Source: Glycera tridactyla (lineage: Eukaryota). From it: a DNA stretch of 64,000 nt. The stretch covers positions 77,314,001 to 77,378,000 of the forward strand of contig OZ286461.1 in the NCBI GenBank assembly GCA_965644265.1. Direction: 5' to 3'. Shown here piece after piece: positions 1-9,783 of the stretch. Within the stretch, counting starts at the first letter, position 1. Each line of letters starts with the position of its first letter. Made by a program: the position numbers and the translations under genes. The notes under the pieces were generated by a model. It was given only the letters and a program-made list of their open reading frames with translations, searched no databases and was not told where the DNA came from.

Positions 1-2175
1 CGGTGTCATCGGTTTTTGTGTTCTTTTCTCGTTTGATAAGACAACAAAGACAAGCTCAATCACACCCACACACGCACACGCACATACACAATCACTCAAT
101 CACGTATTCGTGATGGTTGTTGGAATCTCTGACGAATGACTACATCGCGCAAGGAGATTTGTGCCATCAACCTCTCTTCAGCTGGTCACGAATTAAACAT
201 TCACCATGCTGTTCGAGAAATCTGGTGCAGAAAAAGGTGGATCATCATGTTGATTGCCAGATAGCTAGCTAGCTAGCTAGGTAAGCCTATCCCAAATAAG
301 ATAATGAATATATCACAGCTGCATGCACAAACATGATAATAGCATAGCACGAATCCCAAGGGGTCGCAGGTAGAGTGATATCCCGAGGGACCGGATGTCC
401 CGAGGAATATCACTTCACTTGTGACCCTGAGGGTGTGATAGCATCGTTCAGACCACTCAGCGTGATGATTCTTCCAGTTATGCCACACTCAAATCATTTT
501 CGTCCTCCTGAATAATTGTTCTTCTTGTTTTTGTTTCAATCTTCTTAACCCCACATTGTGGTCCATGACTCGACCAATTTGTGGTTGATGACTCCGCCAT
601 CTTAGTTCATCCTCCATGCACACTGCTACTCCATCCAGCAGTACATCGTTTGATGGATCAACTGAAGCTAGGGTAGCAAGCAAACAGCAAAAGTGATACC
701 AGTATTACTCTCCCGTCGGGGAGTATTTCAATTGATATCACATACCCCTTTATCACATAGAAAAAAATGCAAGTGTGACTAATACCCCAGTCTCTATGAC
801 GGACGCTATTTTCACCACATGTCAAGTTTCTAGAATCGGTCTTTTGGGTTCGTTTGGTGATTTAGATGGGAGATTTCATGATTTGTCATTCTTCATTGCC
901 GAGGCTATCTCCAACACTCGCTGATTGATTGCCGGGCGTATCGTACCCAATTTATTTTAACCGTTACATCTCCATTTTTACCCGACAACGGGCGATGGTG
1001 AACGCGTTTGCCAATTTATACCCCATACGGTATTATCTCGAAGACAATGAACATTTGATTGATGTTTCTCAGGAAAATGAAGTTGCTCTACTTCACAATT
1101 ATTCCGATAGCCCTCCGGGCCTTGTCATTCAGAACAAGGGGTCACATAACACTAGAGTCACAAGAATTTTATGTCACTGAAAGATCACTCGCATGAACGA
1201 AATTCAGGATGCTTGCACCTGAGTTAGAAGGATCAAAGCTACAGATGGATGTACTTGTCTTTAAGAATCCTGTGGTTAGATTAGTTTAGATATGCTTTAT
1301 TTTCATTCGTCATACATATCATTATGTACAAGTACTATTACCCTCTAACAGGGCTTCTCCAGTGTGACCGAAAAGAAGACATAGGGAAAAAATTACATTC
1401 GATAGCAATCATCAGATGAATAAATGGTATAAGATGATGATTACAAAAAGCAATGAAGTGAATGTTGGGTTGATACGTGATACACCATGTGTACGGAAGC
1501 AGCTTTTTGGGACACAATCCGTCACAAGGCACCCCATTGTGGCTGGCGAGGTTCCGAACTACCAACTTCACAGCGTGAACGGGTGCAATGCGGTTAGTGT
1601 GACGATGAATGAGTGCAATCCGAGCTAATTCCAATCACATTCATGATTGATTGATGTTCGCACTTCCGCGCGATCATTGATAAACGTAAAATAGGAGAAG
1701 ATATCTTTATCAGATTCAAGTTCATTTGTGAAACACGATTGATCAGATTTGAAGTTGACTGATATGACTGTATTCAACACTTCAATTGTTTCTGAATTGC
1801 ATACACTCATCAATCAAATTGAGAGTCAATAACCGCGGATATTTGCCCCATTTTTTTATTCGTTCATTACGTTTCCTCGTATCATAAGATTCAAATTTCT
1901 TCAACTAAGACTGGTGAAATTACGTCAGATACATCTGCAACGTTTATTGCAACATATATTTGACACCAAAGCTGGTCAATTTTGATTTTTGTGGTTATAT
2001 GCCTTCGCGCCGAACCTTATTGACACCATGACGTTGATTTATCCTACGTTGCTAGCACCCAAGACCAACTTTGCCCCTGACTTATCCATCAGTCGGTCGT
2101 GCTGACATCTAGTTGTTAACATATGCACCCATGTATTGACCGAGGCATCGCAAGCGCAATGACAGTGCAGTTACA

Positions 2176-2185
2176 TCGTCATCAT

Positions 2186-2216
<31 letters not shown>

Positions 2217-2255
2217 AGCAGCATTATCATCATCGTATTCACGACCACCACCACA
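2176..2255. repeat. Compound trinucleotide repeat (ATC)n(AGC)n
   Basis: Directly visible. Confidence 0.9.
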
Positions 2256-2914
2256 AGATGAAACTGCATTGGGTTTCCGTGGCATGATAAACACACCAAT
2301 CTTTCACGAGAATGACAAGACGCCATGGGCATTCCGGTGAATGATTATCCCACTTGATAATTGATGCAGCATATTCGTCATTATCAGAAACGTGGTCTGT
2401 ATGTATACATGAAGACATTGATTGGATGCCATGTGGCAATCTGATCACGTCACAGCGACGTCATTACCCAACCTGTTCACGTGTCCATCGCATAGCCAGC
2501 ACACGACCATAATATATACAGTCCGACTGATGTAAATCATTCATGCTTCACTGGCTGGCAGTATTAGTAAGACAAGCACATGCCATATGTTGGTCAATCA
2601 GACTCAACGACGCAATAAGATTCAGGTCGGCATTCTAGGTATTTCGAAAAATGTTTTATCAGCAGTATACCCATCGGCAACTCAATTCCATCGTGATGAA
2701 TGGTAAAATGTATTTATTTCTTCACGCTCAAAATCCAGGAGATCTGAGATATCTCGTATCTTCTATGGTTATATTATGGCCTGGTATTTAATCAAAGCTC
2801 TCAAATTCGTCCGAAATCTCTTGCCTTGAGATCGCCGATTGTAATCATGAGAAACTCTTGCACCGATGATTAGCGTTCACAATTATAGACTTCCCCTTAT
2901 CTATTCATACACCT

Positions 2915-3000
2915 ATCCACCTATCCACTCAGCTATCTATACATCCATCCATCCATCCATTCATCCATTCATATCTAACCATCTATGCAGCTAGCTATCT
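2915..3000. repeat. Degenerate (CATC/TATC)n tetranucleotide repeat next to an N block
   Basis: Directly visible. Confidence 0.85.
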
Positions 3001-4180
3001 ATATTTCTTTCTTTCTTTTTATCCATTCATCTATCGATCCAGTTTTCTGTNNNNNNNNNNNNNNNNNNNNNNNNNNNNNNNNNNNNNNNNNNNNNNNNNN
3101 NNNNNNNNNNNNNNNNNNNNNNNNNNNNNNNNNNNNNNNNNNNNNNNNNNNNNNNNNNNNNNNNNNNNNNNNNNNNNNNNNNNNNNNNNNGTCTTTTTGT
3201 CTGTCGATCTGTCTTTTTATTTATATGTCCGTCCGACTGTCTGTCTTTTCGTCTTTCCGTCTATTGATGTGAACGACGCTCACACTCAGAGAAGAGTCAA
3301 ATGGGTATCAGAGTGGAGTTATCTAAAGTCGGCTTATTGGGTAATACGAAAGGGTTTCTTTTCAAACTCGGCCCCTCCTCACAGGGAGGTACAAGTGATT
3401 ATTGTGAAAAATTAGTGAAAATATTACAGAGAGGATAGTGAGGAGTCGCTATCCAAGGTGGAAAAAAATCAATCATTGCCTCTCCCGATGATGCTGCGAA
3501 CAGTAAAAAATTGCGTGGTTGACTATGCATATCCCTTCGAAGATATCAACAAATGGCATTGCAACAATGTCTGTGTTTATCACATCCCCGAGGCACGAAG
3601 CTATGCTGTGGGTCTTTCACGTTGCCGGTTGTAGATGGAAGCTCTCGGCAGCTGACCCCAATCTTTACGGGCTTTCCACATCTTGCTATCGGTAATCTAG
3701 TTCCATATCAGCCATCAAGCACACTGAGTTTCTATCGACCTCGTATCATTATCATCATGGGGAAGTTGGATGAAGAATATCTGTCCTCCACAGCAAGCAT
3801 AACATCTCAGAGCCAGAGCTCCAGACAACACATCCTCTGATCTCTATGATCTCTCTCATCATGGATCGATTCTCTGCGAAATGTGCAGGATCACACATCC
3901 TTGAGAAAAAGTGCAAATGCACTGCCTTCGATTGCTGAGAGAATGGCTGTCAAATTGAAGTATTTAGCCTCCTTCTGAATCTGTGTGTTTTCTTATTTGG
4001 ATAGATGAGCATACGCTGTTGGTTGCATAGGTGGGGCTTTTATCCTGGGTTCTACAAATAGCCCACCATCGTTGTCTGTTCGACATGATCTGACATTGTC
4101 CGGAGAATTTGATGTAGACGATATCGGAAGACATAGCGATGACATGAAGATAGCCCCGAGTTCGAGCATGTACATTTCAG

Positions 4181-4221
4181 ACACACACACGCACACGCAC
4201 ACACACACACATATATATATA

Positions 4222-4260
<39 letters not shown>

Positions 4261-4262
4261 AT
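4181..4262. repeat. Compound microsatellite (CA)n-(TA)n-(AAAT)n
   Basis: Directly visible, just upstream of the N block that precedes the PLE ORF. Confidence 0.95.
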
Positions 4263-4776
4263 ACGTTGCCTCGTATGGTCAGACTTTGNNNNNNNNNNNN
4301 NNNNNNNNNNNNNNNNNNNNNNNNNNNNNNNNNNNNNNNNNNNNNNNNNNNNNNNNNNNNNNNNNNNNNNNNNNNNNNNNNNNNNNNNNNNNNNNNNNNN
4401 NNNNNNNNNNNNNNNNNNNNNNNNNNNNNNNNNNNNNNNNNNNNNNNNNNNNNNNNNNNNNNNNNNNNNNNNNNNNNNNNNNNNNNNNNNNNNNNNNNNN
4501 NNNNNNNNNNNNNNNNNNNNNNNNNNNNNNNNNNNNNNNNNNNNNNNNNNNNNNNNNNNNNNNNNNNNNNNNNNNNNNNNNNNNNNNNNNNNNNNNNNNN
4601 NNNNNNNNNNNNNNNNNNNNNNNNNNNNNNNNNNNNNNNNNNNNNNNNNNNNNNNNNNNNNNNNNNNNNNNNNNNNNNNNNNNNNNNNNNNNNNNNNNNN
4701 NNNNNNNNNNNNNNNNNNNNNNNNNNNNNNNNNCCCCCGTGCCACACCACTCACCCTCACTTATCTTTCATTCACC

Positions 4777-7700
4777 ATGGCTAAGAAGAAACTTACTATC
4801 AAGCATAAACCTGCCACGACCCCTAATCAGGCCCAGACCATCACAAACTTCTTCAAACCGAAGATCACCACTTCCACTTCTCAGGGTCACAAGGACCACC
4901 CCACACCTACTGATTCAACACTTCACACCCAGACTTTAGCCCCCTTGATCTGCACCCAAGACTCATGCTCCACTGACCGGCCATCTACCACAGCAGGTGA
5001 TACCACCCCTGTTTCGCCTTCACACCATGTATATATGTTGGACAATCAAGTCACATTTGTTTCTGGAGACACTCCTCACATTGCAGAGAATACCAGACAT
5101 TTGACCCAAGTTGCCCCCCTTCTTGACTCTTGTTCACCCAATGAAACCCATCATACACCCCCCAGCTCTTTTGCTCATGTGTCTACTGCTATTAAAGCTA
5201 TTGAAGTTTATGAGAGCTCTCAATGTCATTCTTCAACCAAACCCGACACCTCTATTGTTAACCTTTCAGAATTTGTGTTGAATGAACACCATGTTTCAGT
5301 TTTGAAGAAAGGTATGTCATTCTGCCCGACACCAGAGGAACCACGCATGGGAGAGATCAGAACTGACCTAGACCGGTTTCACCGATTGGTAAGATTGAAA
5401 TCCTTCTTCGAAAACCAACCCAAGCTGGTAAGTAGTTCCACCACCCACACCGACCAAAACCGGAAAGCCAGATTGTGCACCGAATCCCCTCACCACTCCA
5501 AGTCACCAAGGACTGCCTCCCAGGATCCACAGAATCCAACGACCTCCGTGACCAACCGAGTCAGAACCCACCAACAACCCGACACAACCCACCCCGACCC
5601 CCCCATGACACTTAACCCTCCCAACTCTTCACCTTCACCTGGCCCCTCCCGACCCACACCCATTGCCCCCACTTTAGGCTTCAAACACGAGAAATTTAAA
5701 TTACCCTCCAACTTTGACCCCAAGTCAAACCCACCTGATGCAGTCCTAGCAATGACAACAATCAACGAGTGGGAACTCACTAAAATCACACCAAAGAATC
5801 CACACCCCCAAAATCTGAAAGTGCCAGAACGCAGAGCCCTCAAGGAGCTGTCAGATCTCACCCACGTCATCATCAAACCAGCTGATAAGGGATCGGCCAT
5901 AGTGCTCCTTAATCGTACTACTTATGTAGATGAGGGCAATTCCCAACTCTCAGACCCCAAATACTACACCCCCCTTGACCACAATCCGACCAATAAATAT
6001 AACCAAATCATCACATCCAAACTAGACACCCTAGTCACCACCAACGAGATCCATGCCGATACCTACAACTTTCTGGTTAATAAGAAACCAAGAACCTCCC
6101 AACTTTACCTCCTACCCAAAATCCATAAGAACAAGAACCCACCCCCAGGAAGACCTATTATTTCTGCCAATGACAGCCCCACGGAAAAAATCTCCTCCTT
6201 CGTTGACCATTTCCTACAACCACTCCAACCCACTACGAAATCCTACCTCAAGGATACCACCCACTTTTTACAGAAATTACACAGTGTAGGAGAACTACCC
6301 ACCGACACCATCCTAGCGTCCTTAGATGTCACAAGTCTCTACACTAATATCCCCAACGAAGAAGGCATTCAAGCAGCTAGAGAACTCCTTGACATTCACA
6401 GACCAGGCCCGGTGAAACCAAGTAACCAATCCCTTCAGGAACTCCTTCATATGGTCCTCACCATGAACAACTTCCAGTTTGATGGAAAGAATTTCCTTCA
6501 GATTGGAGGTACCGCCATGGGCACCAAAGTTGCCCCCAGCTTCGCCAATCTTTTTATGGCCCATTTTGAGGAAAAATTCGTCTACCCACGAGCAACCCAA
6601 CCACACCTTTATTGCAGATTCATAGATGACATTTTCATCATCTGGACAGCAGGACCTGAAAGCCTCCAAGAATTTGTCCATGACCTCAATAACGCCCACC
6701 CATCCATCAAATTCACCCTCAAACAATCCACCACTCATGTCCACTTCCTTGACACCACCGTCCATATTGACAATGGAAAAATTTGGACAACCCTCTATTC
6801 CAAGCCCACCGATAGCCACAACTACCTTGATTTTACATCAGCCCACCCCATGCATATGAAGAAGAGCATCCCCCACAGCCAGCTCCTCAGAATCAGAAGA
6901 ATCTGCACCAAACATGACGATTTCATTACAAACAGCGGCATGATCCTCTATCACCTCCAGAAGAGGGGATACCCACTGGAAATTTTAGAAGAAAGTTTTA
7001 GCAAGGCCCTTGAGAAAGAACGCACTCAACTTCTGGCACCCAGAACCCCAGACCCCAACATTGAAGCTAAAGAACCGCCCATCATCATGACCACCATCTT
7101 CTACCCTAGGTTCAACCACCTTGAAAAAATCACTAAGAGGAACTGGGAGCTCTTAGAACGTTCACCAACCACCAGGAGACTAGCCGCCAACAAATTCATC
7201 ACGGCCTACAAAAGACCCCAAAACCTCAGAGATATCCTTGTCCGTGCCAAACTCCCTTCAGAAAAATCTACCAAACCAGATTCACCAGACACCCCCAGTT
7301 GCCTCACCCGCAACAAATGCATACGTAAAGAATGTACCTACAGCCCCCTGATTGATAAGAGTGGTAAAATCACCAGCCACACCTCCCAAAGAACCTACAC
7401 CACGAGAATTCACGTCACATGTAGTAAAAGTGGCAATCTCATTTATAGTATCACCTGCAAACTCTGTAATCTCCAGTATGTCGGCCAGACCAAAAATAGA
7501 CTCATGGATAGATTCCAAGGCCATTTCCAGTGCATCAAATCCCATGACCAGAGATCCGAAATCGGCAAACATTTCAACCTCCCTGATCACCTTGGCAAGA
7601 AGCATGTCACTATACATATATTAGACTTCATTTATGCCCACCCTGAGTCGACCACAGCTGCCACACTCAGAGACCAGATCGAGTTCAACTGGATACACAG

Positions 7701-7809
7701 ACTTCAGTGTGTACTCCCCATGGGCCTCAACACCATGGATAAACCTCCGAAACAGACCAAATGGATCCGCCCACCATCCAAACCAAGGATTTATGACATC
7801 AAAACCTAA
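4777..7809 (+). CDS. PLE polyprotein: reverse transcriptase plus C-terminal GIY-YIG endonuclease (1010 aa)
   Basis: PLE RT motifs IIKPADKGSAIV, LYLLPKIHK, GRPIIS, LASLDVTSLYTNIP, QIGGTAMGTKVAPSFANLFM, RFIDDIF (6619-6630), FLDT and YLDFTSAHP. Cys linker CIRKECTYS (~7318-7344). GIY-YIG region NLIYSITCKLC..YVGQT..RFQGH..HF..H..E..WI (from ~7435). Confidence 0.95.
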   Translation: MAKKKLTIKHKPATTPNQAQTITNFFKPKITTSTSQGHKDHPTPTDSTLHTQTLAPLICTQDSCSTDRPSTTAGDTTPVSPSHHVYMLDNQVTFVSGDTPHIAENTRHLTQVAPLLDSCSPNETHHTPPSSFAHVSTAIKAIEVYESSQCHSSTKPDTSIVNLSEFVLNEHHVSVLKKGMSFCPTPEEPRMGEIRTDLDRFHRLVRLKSFFENQPKLVSSSTTHTDQNRKARLCTESPHHSKSPRTASQDPQNPTTSVTNRVRTHQQPDTTHPDPPMTLNPPNSSPSPGPSRPTPIAPTLGFKHEKFKLPSNFDPKSNPPDAVLAMTTINEWELTKITPKNPHPQNLKVPERRALKELSDLTHVIIKPADKGSAIVLLNRTTYVDEGNSQLSDPKYYTPLDHNPTNKYNQIITSKLDTLVTTNEIHADTYNFLVNKKPRTSQLYLLPKIHKNKNPPPGRPIISANDSPTEKISSFVDHFLQPLQPTTKSYLKDTTHFLQKLHSVGELPTDTILASLDVTSLYTNIPNEEGIQAARELLDIHRPGPVKPSNQSLQELLHMVLTMNNFQFDGKNFLQIGGTAMGTKVAPSFANLFMAHFEEKFVYPRATQPHLYCRFIDDIFIIWTAGPESLQEFVHDLNNAHPSIKFTLKQSTTHVHFLDTTVHIDNGKIWTTLYSKPTDSHNYLDFTSAHPMHMKKSIPHSQLLRIRRICTKHDDFITNSGMILYHLQKRGYPLEILEESFSKALEKERTQLLAPRTPDPNIEAKEPPIIMTTIFYPRFNHLEKITKRNWELLERSPTTRRLAANKFITAYKRPQNLRDILVRAKLPSEKSTKPDSPDTPSCLTRNKCIRKECTYSPLIDKSGKITSHTSQRTYTTRIHVTCSKSGNLIYSITCKLCNLQYVGQTKNRLMDRFQGHFQCIKSHDQRSEIGKHFNLPDHLGKKHVTIHILDFIYAHPESTTAATLRDQIEFNWIHRLQCVLPMGLNTMDKPPKQTKWIRPPSKPRIYDIKT

Positions 7810-8447
7810 TTGCTCCATATAGAAACGCGCACCACATCCCCAACACAGTGATCCCTCCACCAGCCACACCTCACATCATAGACTCCCCAACCCCCACCCG
7901 TTTGGCGTAACTACGAGGACCATGGATTTAATTCTGCTGCCTTAGACATTTGGATTTCAAAATTGACCACCATTTACCTACATCCACCCAATCCCCAGCA
8001 GCACCCCCATCCATGGGAGGGGAGAGCCCATTGGAATATTGCCTCGTCTTTTTTATTTCTTTATTCAAGTATTCCCGGACTCCCCCCTCAGCCCCCCCTG
8101 GCCGCAGGGGGGCACACGCCCGCAACACAAGACTACACAGTCTGAGCCTGAGCACCACACATGTGGGCTCTTGGAACACAAGCATTCCTACAACTCCACC
8201 CAAACTATAAAAAATCCCCCAAGTACCACGTGGCCCCTATATGCCCCAACACCCATGCACCCAATTTTGGATTGTTTATGTAAACAAAATTCAACCCCAA
8301 AAACCATAACCCACCACCCCCCATCTATGGAGTTGTCTTAGGCTCGCCCAACTTGGGAGACAGAGTGTGAGGCCCAACCTGGCCACACCCAAACCACTCT
8401 GGACCCCACACCCAAGCAAACCCGCCCAAACCGGTATGCTTGGGTGA

Positions 8448-8645
8448 GTTCCTGAAGAGGGAAAAATTTCCCGAAACCGAGGACCTCCATGGCCGGCTCC
8501 TTTTAGCACACGGAGAGGGCTAAGACCAACCCATTTTGGTGATCCCCAAACTGGGCCCCCGATCCGCCCAAGCCGTTGCCATGGAGAGAGTGTGTTGCGT
8601 ATATAAGGCGTGGAACGACGTGCGTCGTTCAAACCTCGGTAGAAC
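8448..8645 (+). ncRNA. Type I hammerhead ribozyme with a large insert in helix III; predicted cleavage after A8641
   Basis: Helix I GTTC 8448-51 / GAAC 8642-45. Core CTGAAGA 8452-58. Helix II GGGAA 8459-63 / TTCCC 8468-72 with AAAT loop. GAAA 8473-76. Helix III ACCGAGG 8476-82 / CCTCGGT 8634-40. Cleavage triplet GTA 8639-41. Confidence 0.85.
8598..8633 (+). promoter_or_regulatory. Candidate TATA box and initiator of the PLE pLTR
   Basis: TATATAAGG at 8600-8608, with TCAAA about 30 nt downstream (8629-8633). Motif match only. Confidence 0.3.
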
Positions 8646-8698
8646 CGTTCCCCTTGGAGGACGTATGCCTCGTCTGGCGGATCTGATCCGCCACTTTT

Positions 8699-8747
8699 CA
8701 TATATATATATATATATCTATATATATATATATGTATATATATATAT
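8699..8747. repeat. (TA)n microsatellite at the PLE 3' boundary
   Basis: Directly visible. Confidence 0.95.
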
Positions 8748-9477
8748 GAGTTGCTGCATGAACGAACAATATCATGTATCATGCAAACCAAGTATAGTAA
8801 ATGATAATGATCTCGGAGGATGGCATCGCATGATCACGTAGGCAAATTTTCGAGGACAGCGTGAATGTAGCGAAAATTATCAATAATAACGTGAATAACC
8901 ACCGATATGAATCAAGAGATAAAATCCTAGCAACATCTTATGTCAGGGAGAAGTTCAGGTGATGCAGTAAACTTTTCGGAAATTCCACTTCTATGATTTA
9001 TAAGTGCCTGAAAGTCATACGTATCCAACTATGGCATACAAATCTATTGCTCTTGAGTCATATCAGATAATGTTTCCAAGTTGACCAGGGAATGATATTA
9101 TATTTGCATTTAGGGGTGTCACATCATAATGCTTATCTCATTACTGAAAATTCAGACGGTATTAGGATGAATACTCAATAACATATCCGGTTTGATTGTA
9201 TTACTGGTGCGTATGCTCGAATTTGGGTTAATTTTCGGGATATTGATTCATCAACTTTGCCGACAATTCGCAGTCAAGTCGGATTTGACCTCACGTATCA
9301 TCTACCCTCTGAAGATGACTGGCTCACATTGTATCGGAGCAAGAGAAATGATGTCTCTCGAGACTGCTGCATTTATTCATCCCAATAGTGATCAGTATCT
9401 TCAACACCCACAAGGTAGTATTCAAACTGGAAGGCTATGCCGGCAACCAATTGGCGGCGCTGGAGATGTGAGGCTGA

Positions 9478-9783
9478 TATAGGAATTCCAGATGGTTTTG
9501 GATATGAATGTGACTCAAATTGTGAAACAGCATCTTCGTTGTGGTAAAGCATGTGAATCTGCAATTACCACGGAGGATAATATAGGAATTCCAGATGGTA
9601 CAGCATATGAATGTGACTCAACTTGTTATCTGCAATTACCACGGAGGATTATATAGGAATTCCAGATGGTACAGCATATGAATGTGACTCAACTTGTTAT
9701 CTGCAATTACCACGGAGGATTATATAGGAATTCCAGATGGTACAGCATATGAATGTGACTCAACTTGTTGTCTGCAATTACCA
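9478..9783. repeat. 71-bp minisatellite: ~3 near-identical units plus one diverged longer unit
   Basis: AGGAATTCCAGATGG recurs at 9481, 9584, 9655 and 9726. Confidence 0.95.

Larger units (their letters stand above)
4734..8698 (+). mobile_element. Penelope-like retroelement (endonuclease-containing, Neptune-like), apparently young; 5' end hidden by N block 4289-4733
   Basis: Uninterrupted RT+GIY-YIG ORF, then a ~890-bp structured 3' region with a hammerhead ribozyme (a pLTR hallmark), ending at a (TA)n tract. No poly(A) tail and no LTR. Confidence 0.92.

Noticed and set aside
3420-3990. Possible LINE endonuclease relic on the minus strand
   Set aside because: Only vague resemblance; no unambiguous motif in any frame.
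3993-4939. Long ORFs spanning N blocks (also near 16850, 34450, 45070, 56140 and 59500)
   Set aside because: Their length comes from untranslatable Ns.
5357-7869. Small antisense and alternate-frame ORFs within the PLE ORF
   Set aside because: Expected shadows of a long, compositionally biased coding sequence; no independent signals.
4777-8440. Selenoprotein (Naiad-type) PLE
   Set aside because: The ORF has no in-frame TGA and I could not identify a SECIS.
8655-8700. Possible HDV-like ribozyme at the PLE 3' end
   Set aside because: The hairpins present cannot be arranged into the P1-P2-P3-P1.1-P4 nested pseudoknot order.
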